Shown: positions 8,145 to 16,275 of the stretch, in pieces
Layout: each line of letters begins with the position of its first letter
Position numbering within the stretch: the first letter of the stretch is position 1
NCBI GenBank assembly: GCA_964549655.1
Contig: CAZJXN010000005.1
Span: 6,220-70,219 of the forward strand
DNA length: 64,000 nucleotides
Source of the DNA: an uncultured Saprospiraceae bacterium
GTDB taxonomy: Bacteria; Bacteroidota; Bacteroidia; Chitinophagales; Saprospiraceae
Reading direction: 5' to 3'
Notes under the pieces: model-generated
Told to the model about the DNA's origin: nothing
What the model saw: only the letters and a program-made list of their open reading frames with translations
The model's database searches: none
Program-made: the position numbers and the translations under genes

Positions 8145-9173
8145 TTATGTCTTAAAATACAATGCAACCATTAATCCAAAATATAAAAATAATATTGTCA
8201 AGGTGTCGAAACTCAGCCGCCAAAACTTTTTAGTTGGTTTTATCATTAGCCCCAAACCTACTACGGCGGTCATGATAATTACAATTATTACAGAGTCCAG
8301 ATGGTCTTTTTGAATATTGGCAAAGAGCGAACCTTTTGTATAAAAAATATCGTCCAATGCCAGTGTAAAAATATTGAAGATGTTGCTGCCTAATAAATTT
8401 CCGATTGACAAATCAAATGCACCCATTCTGATTGCGGCAAACGAAACAACTAATTCCGGCAAGGAAGTGGAGGCAGCTAAAAATACGGTTCCGAAAAAAG
8501 AATTGCCAAGCCCTGTTTGTGCAGCAATACGCTCTCCGAAATATGGAAGAAAAAGTGCAGCCGCAACAATAAACAGTGCATTTATACCGAAAGCGGTAAA
8601 TACCTTTTTTAATTCTGATTTATTGTTTTCATGGTGGGTTTCTAGTGCCGGGTTAATGGTTGCAGGCGTGTTGTCGAATTGATAGATACTGCGGACAGCA
8701 AACAAATACACTATTATCAACAGAATTGAAAAAGGGCTTATCCAAAAAAGGTTAGGTGTAATATTGCTAATCAAAATGGCAAAACCGCTCAATGCTATCA
8801 GGATAATACCGAACAACCCTGCAAACAAATGACTTATTTTTACCAATGAAGTCAGCGGCTTTTTAATCTGAACATCCATAAAAGAGAGAATAAGCAGATT
8901 GAATACGCAACTTCCGAACACATCACCAACAGCTAAATCGGGCGCATTGATGAAGGTAACAGAACTAATACCCGTTATTAATTCGGGTAGTGATGTTACA
9001 GCTGACATTAAAATTAATCCTACCCATGCTTTGCCCCAGCCTGCCAAGTCGGCAATTTTATCACCATACTTTGCCAGTTTTGTGCCGCTGTAAATAATTA
9101 CCATTGTGCAACAGATAAAACCTAATATGTATAAATAAATATTATTCATTCCATTTTTTTTACTCCTATTCAA
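8145..9173 (-). CDS. Sodium/calcium exchanger (CaCA, YrbG-like) membrane protein
   Basis: Shows two alpha-repeat signatures, GDVFGSCVFNLLIL and GNLLGSNIFNIF, each preceded by TSLPEL. The start may be 9149. Confidence 0.85.
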   Translation of the reverse strand: MNRSKKNGMNNIYLYILGFICCTMVIIYSGTKLAKYGDKIADLAGWGKAWVGLILMSAVTSLPELITGISSVTFINAPDLAVGDVFGSCVFNLLILSFMDVQIKKPLTSLVKISHLFAGLFGIILIALSGFAILISNITPNLFWISPFSILLIIVYLFAVRSIYQFDNTPATINPALETHHENNKSELKKVFTAFGINALFIVAAALFLPYFGERIAAQTGLGNSFFGTVFLAASTSLPELVVSFAAIRMGAFDLSIGNLLGSNIFNIFTLALDDIFYTKGSLFANIQKDHLDSVIIVIIMTAVVGLGLMIKPTKKFWRLSFDTLTILFLYFGLMVALYFKT

Positions 9174-9241
9174 ACTACCACCTCAAAATCAGTCTGTTTT
9201 GTCTGTCATTGTCCATAAAGCAGGGTCGTCCTTAAAATGAC

Positions 9242-9373
9242 GCATAACGGTTTGCAGCTACCCGAAGGTGCCGATTTAGAAGCACTTCACTGTCAACCAA
9301 GCAGAAACTTTGATAGAAGCACAAAGCTTGATATAAGCCCTTAACCGCCACTTTTGGGTAGGTGCTGTTATGC
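9242..9373. repeat. Imperfect palindrome C (132 bp) between otsA and the CaCA gene
   Basis: GCATAAC-GGTTT-GCAGCTACCCGAAGGTG pairs with CACTTTTGGGTAGGTGCT-GTTATGC. That gives 7+17 bp arms with 3 mismatches and a 5-nt bulge. The centre contains TAGAAGCAC twice. Confidence 0.85.
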
Positions 9374-9450
9374 CCAGTTGTTCTTCCTTTGAGTCACCGT
9401 CTACCGTATGTTTTTTGCAGTCATTGTCAATATGCGTTGGCATTAGGTCA

Positions 9451-11676
9451 TTAGTTTTGAATAGTTGACATGGTTCTTATTAAGTCCGCAGCCCAAGAAT
9501 AAATATTATTCCCAACAATGACCTGTCGCATTTGCTTCATTCGTTGGTGTTGTTCTTCTGCTGTCATTTCCAGTGCTTGTTTGATAGCGTCTGCAGATTT
9601 CTCAATGTCATAGGGATTAATGATGATGGCACCATGAAGTTCCTGAGATGCCCCAGCAAAACGACTGAGTATTAGCGTTCCGTCATTATTATTTCGGGTA
9701 GCTACAAATTCTTTCGCTACAAGGTTCATCCCATCATGCAAGGATGTAACCATACATAAATCTGCCGAAGCATAGAAGGGTTGTATTTCTTCATGGCTAT
9801 GATGCCGTTTTAATAATAAAATTGCTTTCCAGTTTTTTGATTTGAAACGCCAGTTAATTCTGTCTGCTTCATTTTGAACCGCATTTGTAATATCAGCATA
9901 ACTTTTTAGCAAAGTTCGGCTTGGAGCACCAATTTGCACAAAAGTAAATTTGCCCTGATAGGATGGATTTTTTTCTAAGAAGCGTTCAATGGCAAGAAAT
10001 TTTTCTACGATGCCTTTTGTGTAATCAATGCGGTCAACACCAATGCCCATGTATTGGGCACTGATGCCGTGTTCGTCAAGAAGTTGAGCGGAAGAATTTT
10101 TCTTGGGGGAAGTGTTTTCGTAGTCCTTTAATGTAAATGCAATGCTGATAGGAAAAGGTTTAACGAAGGTTGACTGTCCTTCTATTTTAACTGAAAAGGT
10201 ATCCCATGATACTCTTGATTCCATCGCCTTGTTTACAGTTTCAAGAAAATGGTTGCAGTGATATTGAGTATGGAACCCGATTAAATCAGCACCGAGCATT
10301 CCTCGCAATATTTCTCTTTGCCAAGGACATATACCGAATGATTCAGGATTAGGCCAGGGAATATGCCAAAAGATGGCAATCTTTGCATTTGGTTTTCCTT
10401 TTTTTATTAATTCAGGCAAAAGTGCAAAATGATAATCTTGTATTAGTATGAATGGATCTTCTTCATCGGCAGTTTCTTCCAACACCGCTTTTGCAAAGTC
10501 CTCATTCACTTTTTTATAATAGTCCCAATCCTCTATTCTGAATGTTGGTCGTGTATGTGCAATATGGCATAGTGGCCATAATCCTTCATTTGAAAAACCA
10601 TAATAAAAATGGTTTTCTTCTTCTTTTGTTTGCCATAGCCTTCTTAGTGTGTATTTTGGTTCATCGGGAGGAACTTGCAGTTTATCATTTTCATCAACCG
10701 TTTCTTTATCAGCGTCTCCTGTTCCAGATGCAATCCACAATCCGCCACACGCTTTTAATATAGGCTCCATTGCTGTAATCATGCCACTTGCAGGCACGAT
10801 ACATTTAATGTTTTTCCCTTCATGAATGTGCATATAAGGTTCCCGGTTGGAAACAACAACCATTTTTTTATTCCGCAAAATATTTCCTACTTCTATTTTC
10901 AGTCGCTCGGGTGTCCATATTGCTTCGGCATTACTTCTTAATTTTGCTTCTTCCTCGGCAACCGCTTTTGCTTCGTGCATTGCTTTAGCAATATGCACTA
11001 TTTCTTTATGGAGCGGAGCAAGGAATTGCGCGGGTGGGTATTGGTCTAATTGCTCTATATTGCCTGTTTGTGCTGCTTTTACCCAGTCAACAATTCTATT
11101 TATCGGGCTAAAAATTCCCCATCGGATTATCAGAACGGTAACAAATGAAACGATCAGTGCCTGAATAAACCACCTTAGAAAATTCCGAAACCAAATTCCG
11201 GCAATTATATTATCAATATATTCTGTGTCAGCATAGAAAATAATTGCAGTGTTGGGTACATTTTCTTGTTTTGATGGCTTGATGAATAGAAAAATATTTT
11301 TTCCGTTGGTAGTGATGAAATTTCCTTGCGATGTGTCTGCGGCTATTGCTTGCGAGATATAATCCCTAGAATTTTGAGTGAAAGAAGTTGCAGCACGATT
11401 AACGATGATACTGTCATTGCCATAATAAATGGCTATTCCGATCAGATGATATTTATTGCTGATACTATCAATACTTTGCGCTGTACGTTCTGAGGAATTT
11501 TCACTCATTGCTGCTAAATTATTCTGACTGAACTCATTGGCAATTTCTGATATTCGATTTTCAAGTTCATTGTTAAGTTTTTCTCTTTCGGTTGAAATCT
11601 GAAAGTATGTAAAACTCAATGCCACTAACCCAACGGCAAGAATAATTGAAATAATAAGTGCAACGTTTAATCTCAT
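9451..11676 (-). CDS. otsA: Trehalose-6-phosphate synthase (GT20, OtsA) with a roughly 270-aa N-terminal membrane/sensor-like extension
   Basis: The C-terminal part (about 470 aa) has GT20 motifs: VVVSNREP, GLWPLCH, IQDYHFALLP, IGIFWHIPWP, VDRIDYTKGI and DGMNLVAKEF. The N-terminus has two TM segments flanking about 140 aa, followed by a HAMP-like linker. Confidence 0.9.
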   Translation of the reverse strand: MRLNVALIISIILAVGLVALSFTYFQISTEREKLNNELENRISEIANEFSQNNLAAMSENSSERTAQSIDSISNKYHLIGIAIYYGNDSIIVNRAATSFTQNSRDYISQAIAADTSQGNFITTNGKNIFLFIKPSKQENVPNTAIIFYADTEYIDNIIAGIWFRNFLRWFIQALIVSFVTVLIIRWGIFSPINRIVDWVKAAQTGNIEQLDQYPPAQFLAPLHKEIVHIAKAMHEAKAVAEEEAKLRSNAEAIWTPERLKIEVGNILRNKKMVVVSNREPYMHIHEGKNIKCIVPASGMITAMEPILKACGGLWIASGTGDADKETVDENDKLQVPPDEPKYTLRRLWQTKEEENHFYYGFSNEGLWPLCHIAHTRPTFRIEDWDYYKKVNEDFAKAVLEETADEEDPFILIQDYHFALLPELIKKGKPNAKIAIFWHIPWPNPESFGICPWQREILRGMLGADLIGFHTQYHCNHFLETVNKAMESRVSWDTFSVKIEGQSTFVKPFPISIAFTLKDYENTSPKKNSSAQLLDEHGISAQYMGIGVDRIDYTKGIVEKFLAIERFLEKNPSYQGKFTFVQIGAPSRTLLKSYADITNAVQNEADRINWRFKSKNWKAILLLKRHHSHEEIQPFYASADLCMVTSLHDGMNLVAKEFVATRNNNDGTLILSRFAGASQELHGAIIINPYDIEKSADAIKQALEMTAEEQHQRMKQMRQVIVGNNIYSWAADLIRTMSTIQN

Positions 11677-12422
11677 AATGATAATTTTTCTATAAATAAT
11701 ATTACCTCTTGAACAGAATCCAATTTGTGTTTAGCAATGGTGTTTCCGTCCCCTACCTTTATTGTTATAGCATTTTCATTTTTAAAAAGATACTCAAACA
11801 TGTATTCATCTGTCGTGTCGTCTCCGATACATATAATACAATCATAATTATTTCTCTCAATTACATATTGTATGGCTTTTCCTTTGTTTGTTTCTCCTGT
11901 TGTTATCTCCACCACCTTATTTCCATCCAAAATTTTTAAATTATAATATTGTGCCACATCTTTCAAAATACGAATTAATTTTTTTGATTGAATTTGTCCA
12001 ATATTCTTTTCGGCATTCCTATAATGCCATGCCAAAGAAAAATTTTTCTCCTCAATAAATGATTTCGGGCATGTTAGCGTAATCTCGTTTAATAAAGGGC
12101 GCACTTTATTTTTCCATAAGCCGTCATCCTTTATTTCATTTACCCATTTCCCATTTTCTTTATTCATTGCTCCATGTTCGGCAATAATAGTCATTGGCAA
12201 GTGCCCTAAAAATTTATCTATATCCTTATGCCCTCTGCCTGTGACAATAATTACTTTTGCTTGCGGGATGCCTATTAATTTTGTTAGAACATTAAGTAAA
12301 TGTTCGGATGGAATCGCCTCTTCGGGCAATGGCGCAAGATTAACAAGCGTTCCGTCATAATCAAGCAGGATAAGTCTATTCGTTGCCTTTCTAAATTTAT
12401 TTATCAATTCCGTTTTTATCAT
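11673..12422 (-). CDS. otsB: Trehalose-phosphatase (HAD-IIB)
   Basis: Contains LLDYDGTL (the HAD motif I), IVTGR and GDDTTDE, with a 4-bp ATGA overlap onto otsA. Confidence 0.85.
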   Translation of the reverse strand: MIKTELINKFRKATNRLILLDYDGTLVNLAPLPEEAIPSEHLLNVLTKLIGIPQAKVIIVTGRGHKDIDKFLGHLPMTIIAEHGAMNKENGKWVNEIKDDGLWKNKVRPLLNEITLTCPKSFIEEKNFSLAWHYRNAEKNIGQIQSKKLIRILKDVAQYYNLKILDGNKVVEITTGETNKGKAIQYVIERNNYDCIICIGDDTTDEYMFEYLFKNENAITIKVGDGNTIAKHKLDSVQEVILFIEKLSL

Positions 12423-12503
12423 ATTGTCTGCATTTATAATTGTGTGCAGAAAGTATCAATTTACTACGTCCCTGTATTCAGAGGACGGTCGCTTTTACAA
12501 TTG

Positions 12504-12573
12504 GGCATAACGTTCCGCATACGCGGCGTGACCAGCTTTTGCTGGGCATGACCGTTGTATGCTTTGTTAGCCA
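12504..12573. repeat. Imperfect palindrome D (70 bp), 3' of the ATP-grasp gene
   Basis: In gene direction it reads GGCTAAC-AAAGCATACAACGGTCATGCCCAGC-AAAA-GCTGGTCACGCCGCGTATGCGGAAC-GTTATGCC. The gene's TAA stop lies inside the first box. Confidence 0.85.
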
Positions 12574-13382
12574 CAGGTTTCTTTTTTCAATTTCTGTTTT
12601 ATGAATTCATTCACCGATTGTATTATTTTTTCGACATTGTGTTTGTAGAATCCAGTTCCGTTAAAGCAATTGCATTCAATTAATTTGTATTGATTTTCGA
12701 TTTCGGCAATATCCATTACGTAAACATCTTCAATTCGATATTCAGAAATTCTTTCCTTAGCAAATACAATCATCTCTTTTGGAATGTCATTTTCACTTTC
12801 ATCCAATTCACCGTGATTCATATATCTTGAAGCTGAAACTATTTGATTGTCAACAATAAATAATCTCCATTCCTTTATTATTTCTTTCGGTTTAGAAATC
12901 CATATTTCGGTATTCTTATTTAATTCAGGGATATCCATTTTACAAACTTCATTGCACCAGTTTGAAAGTTCTTTATACGTTTCTACTTTTCCGCTAAATG
13001 CTTTTCCGTCATTGTTCGGTCTTATGAACCACTTTTTTTCTTGCTCACTTTCCAAGTTACTTATTTGCCCGAATTTCAATAATTGTCCGTCAGAATTTAA
13101 GACTTTATCTTTCCATTTCTCAACATAATTTTTCATTTGAAATTTTGTTGGCTCGAAGAAAACTCCTTCTTTCAATTCTTCACTATTAAAAGCATTCAAC
13201 ATAAAAGTTGTCGAACCATAGATTATTTTAAAACTGTTTTTATTTTTGATTTCTGGAATTTCATTAGAAAAGGGTATCACTATTACTTCTTCCCAAATTT
13301 CATCTTCCCCATTTAGAACTGATTTTATCCGTTCTAAAATTTCTGATTTTGTAATATTTTTTTGAAGTATCCAATTTATCAT
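12567..13382 (-). CDS. ATP-grasp domain protein (DUF4343 / R2K-type-like)
   Basis: The pattern WFIRPNNDGKAFSG...EWRLFIVDNQIVSASRY...VYVMDIAEIENQYKLIECNCFNGTGFY resembles this family as I recall it. The gene is AT-rich. Confidence 0.6.
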   Translation of the reverse strand: MINWILQKNITKSEILERIKSVLNGEDEIWEEVIVIPFSNEIPEIKNKNSFKIIYGSTTFMLNAFNSEELKEGVFFEPTKFQMKNYVEKWKDKVLNSDGQLLKFGQISNLESEQEKKWFIRPNNDGKAFSGKVETYKELSNWCNEVCKMDIPELNKNTEIWISKPKEIIKEWRLFIVDNQIVSASRYMNHGELDESENDIPKEMIVFAKERISEYRIEDVYVMDIAEIENQYKLIECNCFNGTGFYKHNVEKIIQSVNEFIKQKLKKETCG

Positions 13383-13407
13383 CGATGGTTTTTATTTTTT
13401 TTACTTG

Positions 13408-13503
13408 TGGCTAACTCTTGTACTAACGCAATAGCGACTCAATGAAACACGCAATACGCATTTTGGATAGTCCCTATTGCATCTATTTTCCCATTAAAAA
13501 TAA
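13408..13503. repeat. Conserved leader element, copy 2 (copy 1 at 7887-8018)
   Basis: GTGGCTAACTCTTGTACTAACGCAATAGCGACTCAATGAAACACGCAATACGCATTTTGGATAGTCCCTATTGCATCTATTTTCCCATTAAAAATAA ends 25 nt from the ATG of the ATP-grasp gene. Confidence 0.9.
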
Positions 13504-13532
13504 GCCCTTTCTTTTATATAGCCAAGTCACTA

Positions 13533-15896
13533 TCACTTCACTCCATTTATTACATCTTTATAACTCACTAATTTGATCCCTTTTTTAATAATGGCTTCCT
13601 TTACTTTTTCACTGGTAAAGATATTGGTAACGTCTTGTCGTCCTTTTGCAACGTCTTCATAACCAATGTGATAAATTGCTCTCAATTCTTCATTATCAAT
13701 GCCGGGGTGCTCTACAAAAACGTAGGTTTTACCGGCTTCCATTTTATCCAGCATATTAATAAAACCTTGTATTCTTTCCTCTGTCGTTTTATTTCGGAAA
13801 TCAAAACCGATATATGATATTTGAAAATCATTTTCCGCTCCCACATCTACCATCGGTAAATTATATTCCTTGGCTAATTTTAGGGCAAGCGCTTTCACTT
13901 CTGGCGCAAAACCAATACTGTTCATGTGACCGGATACGTGACTGAGGCGCGGAATATATTTCTTCGCCATTTCAATCTGCGCACGCAATTCTTTCTCAAT
14001 ATCTTCTATTTTCCAGGCGTGATCCATCACCGCTTGCTGCGGATAATGGGCATTCGGATACAACATTTGATAAAAATAACCGTCCGGATTTTTCAGACTT
14101 GGGCAGTCGGTCAGCGGTCGCCATTTGATATTGTCCCATTCACTGGTAATCGCAAAATGCAGCCCCACGTCAATGCCCGGATTTCCGGCGAGTAATTTGA
14201 CGGCTTCCGGAAACCACGGCGACGGTACGATCACCTCAATAGACGTTTCAATGCCTTCTTTATAACATTTTATCAACGCTTCATTTGCCGAGTGCGAAAA
14301 GCCCATATCATCTCCTCGTATAATGAGTCGTGGCGGATTACTTATATTATTTACTAAAACGCCTTTTAGGGGGCTTCTTTTTGCATTTTTATTAAAAATA
14401 TGCTGAAAATCCACCGAAATATGATCTCCATCAAAACTGCATAGAATGGTTTCGGTATGTGGACTTTCGATGTAACGCAAGGTTAATTCTAAAGTTTTTT
14501 CGTCTTTCCAATTATAACTACCTGCTGTTTTAAAAGGTGCTAAACCCACTCGATTGGACGTTGCTCTTTCGACTAAATAAGGTCCGAATCGAGTCGTTTC
14601 GCTCATGGTCCATTTACTCAGACCGAATGGAATATTATAAGTGATAGAATCTGTTTTTAAAGTGAGTTGACAAACATTATTTTTAAATTCAAAACGGATA
14701 CTTTCCAGGCTTTTATCATTGGATACAATGCCAAAAGATTTACCCGAAATGGTGGATTCAAGTGTAGAAATTGTGCTTTTCGCAGGTAATGGAAGTGCCA
14801 ACGAAGCCGATTTTGCTTTCAAACTTGCCAGCATTTTAGGATTCGCCGGCAGTTTTTTAGCTTGAAAAGCAGGTAATAAATATTGCCATATCAAATTAAA
14901 TTCGCCTTGCATATCAGGCGCTTCGGCAGTCGTTATAATAACTGCATCATGTTCGGGCAGAACTATGATAAATTGACCATTCGCGCCATCACCTCGATAA
15001 GAATTATTTCTGCTACGCCACATCTGATAGCAATAACCTTGTAACCAATCACTGGAGTCTTTTTGTGCTTGCGGCGCATCTGGATTTTGCATGATTTTCA
15101 AAGTAGTAGCCTCTTCAACCCAAGCGGCGGGCAGAATTTGTTTACCGTTCCACCTTCCTTTTTGCAAAAATAATTGACCAAATTTCGCCATATCTTCGGT
15201 CTTGACTCTCAGTCCCCAACCGCCTACATTCACCCCATCAGGACTAATTTCCCAATCCATCCCATTGATACCGAGCGGATTAAATAATCTTGGTTTTAAA
15301 TAATCAATTACTTTTTCACCAGTCACTTTCTGTACAATCGCCGAAAGCATATAAGTTGCAGCAGAATTATATAAAAATTTAGTGCCGGGCTTATTTACAA
15401 TCGGGATGCTTAGAAAAGTTTTCACCCAATTCTTTTCACTAATTACGACCGGTCCGGTTGGATCCATTACATTTCCGACGCTCATTGTTAATAAATCTTT
15501 CACTCGAAGTTCAGCTAAATAGGGAGTGATGCTATCGGGTACGTCATTCGGAAAAAAAGAAATAACTTTATCATTCACCGTTAGTTTTTTCTCTGCTACT
15601 GCAAATCCGATTGCTGTCGCTGTAAAACTTTTACTCACCGAATACATCGTATGCTTCAAATCGCTCCGATACGGATTCCACCAGCCTTCGGCAATCACTT
15701 TCCCATGCCGCAATATCATAATGCTATGAAACTCGTGCTTGCTATTGGACGCCGCATCCAGGAATTTAATAATCGCTTCGGAAGAAACGCCTTCGGCTTC
15801 GGGTGTGCTGCGGGGAAGGGAAGTCGTTTTTTGTGCAAAGGATTGGTTTCCAAGAAATTGGATACTTATAAAAAGGAGGAGAATTGTGTTTTTCAT
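13533..15896 (-). CDS. Fusion protein: class-C beta-lactamase-like serine hydrolase (N-terminal) plus YdjC/ChbG-family carbohydrate deacetylase-like domain (C-terminal)
   Basis: Has a signal peptide and the SxxK motif YSVSKSFTATAIG, then YNSAATY. About 200 aa of linker follow, then LIIRGDDMGFSHSANEA...GLHFAITSEW...SHVSGHMN, which is typical of YdjC-like proteins. Confidence 0.8.
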   Translation of the reverse strand: MKNTILLLFISIQFLGNQSFAQKTTSLPRSTPEAEGVSSEAIIKFLDAASNSKHEFHSIMILRHGKVIAEGWWNPYRSDLKHTMYSVSKSFTATAIGFAVAEKKLTVNDKVISFFPNDVPDSITPYLAELRVKDLLTMSVGNVMDPTGPVVISEKNWVKTFLSIPIVNKPGTKFLYNSAATYMLSAIVQKVTGEKVIDYLKPRLFNPLGINGMDWEISPDGVNVGGWGLRVKTEDMAKFGQLFLQKGRWNGKQILPAAWVEEATTLKIMQNPDAPQAQKDSSDWLQGYCYQMWRSRNNSYRGDGANGQFIIVLPEHDAVIITTAEAPDMQGEFNLIWQYLLPAFQAKKLPANPKMLASLKAKSASLALPLPAKSTISTLESTISGKSFGIVSNDKSLESIRFEFKNNVCQLTLKTDSITYNIPFGLSKWTMSETTRFGPYLVERATSNRVGLAPFKTAGSYNWKDEKTLELTLRYIESPHTETILCSFDGDHISVDFQHIFNKNAKRSPLKGVLVNNISNPPRLIIRGDDMGFSHSANEALIKCYKEGIETSIEVIVPSPWFPEAVKLLAGNPGIDVGLHFAITSEWDNIKWRPLTDCPSLKNPDGYFYQMLYPNAHYPQQAVMDHAWKIEDIEKELRAQIEMAKKYIPRLSHVSGHMNSIGFAPEVKALALKLAKEYNLPMVDVGAENDFQISYIGFDFRNKTTEERIQGFINMLDKMEAGKTYVFVEHPGIDNEELRAIYHIGYEDVAKGRQDVTNIFTSEKVKEAIIKKGIKLVSYKDVINGVK

Positions 15897-16275
15897 TGTG
15901 ATTAGTTAGTTGTTAAGGTAATTGGAAATAATTAATGTTGGTTCCATCATTGTTTAAGTTAAAACGTATGGCAATTTATCGTATCAAATGAAAGATGATT
16001 TATACAATCGCATTAAAAATAGTTCTTTCTTTTAAATATCCGATTCATCAATCAAGTTTTTCCTTTGCCCAACCGGCACTGATTATAGCAGTAATAAAAA
16101 TGAGAATATCGACAACTACCAGTATCGGCATTTTTGATTCATTAATGTTTGATGAACTGTCAGGCAATCTTTTTTACTGCTATTCTCTTTCTTAACCAAC
16201 GTCAATGAATGCTATTTTTTTGAGGGGTTTCTTTGCACCATCAATAAATTATTTCAAAATCACGGAGAAAGAAAG

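Noticed and set aside
13533-16275. Integron integrase, attI or Pc at the head of the cassette-like array
   Set aside because: The gene upstream of the first unit is a serine hydrolase/YdjC fusion, followed by a TonB-dependent receptor. No tyrosine recombinase is present anywhere in the window, so only an integrase-less array can be proposed.
15897-16275. Possible riboswitch or leader in the 380-bp region upstream of the TonB-dependent receptor
   Set aside because: I could not recognise any known riboswitch core (for example a B12 box or TPP motifs), nor a convincing conserved structure by eye.
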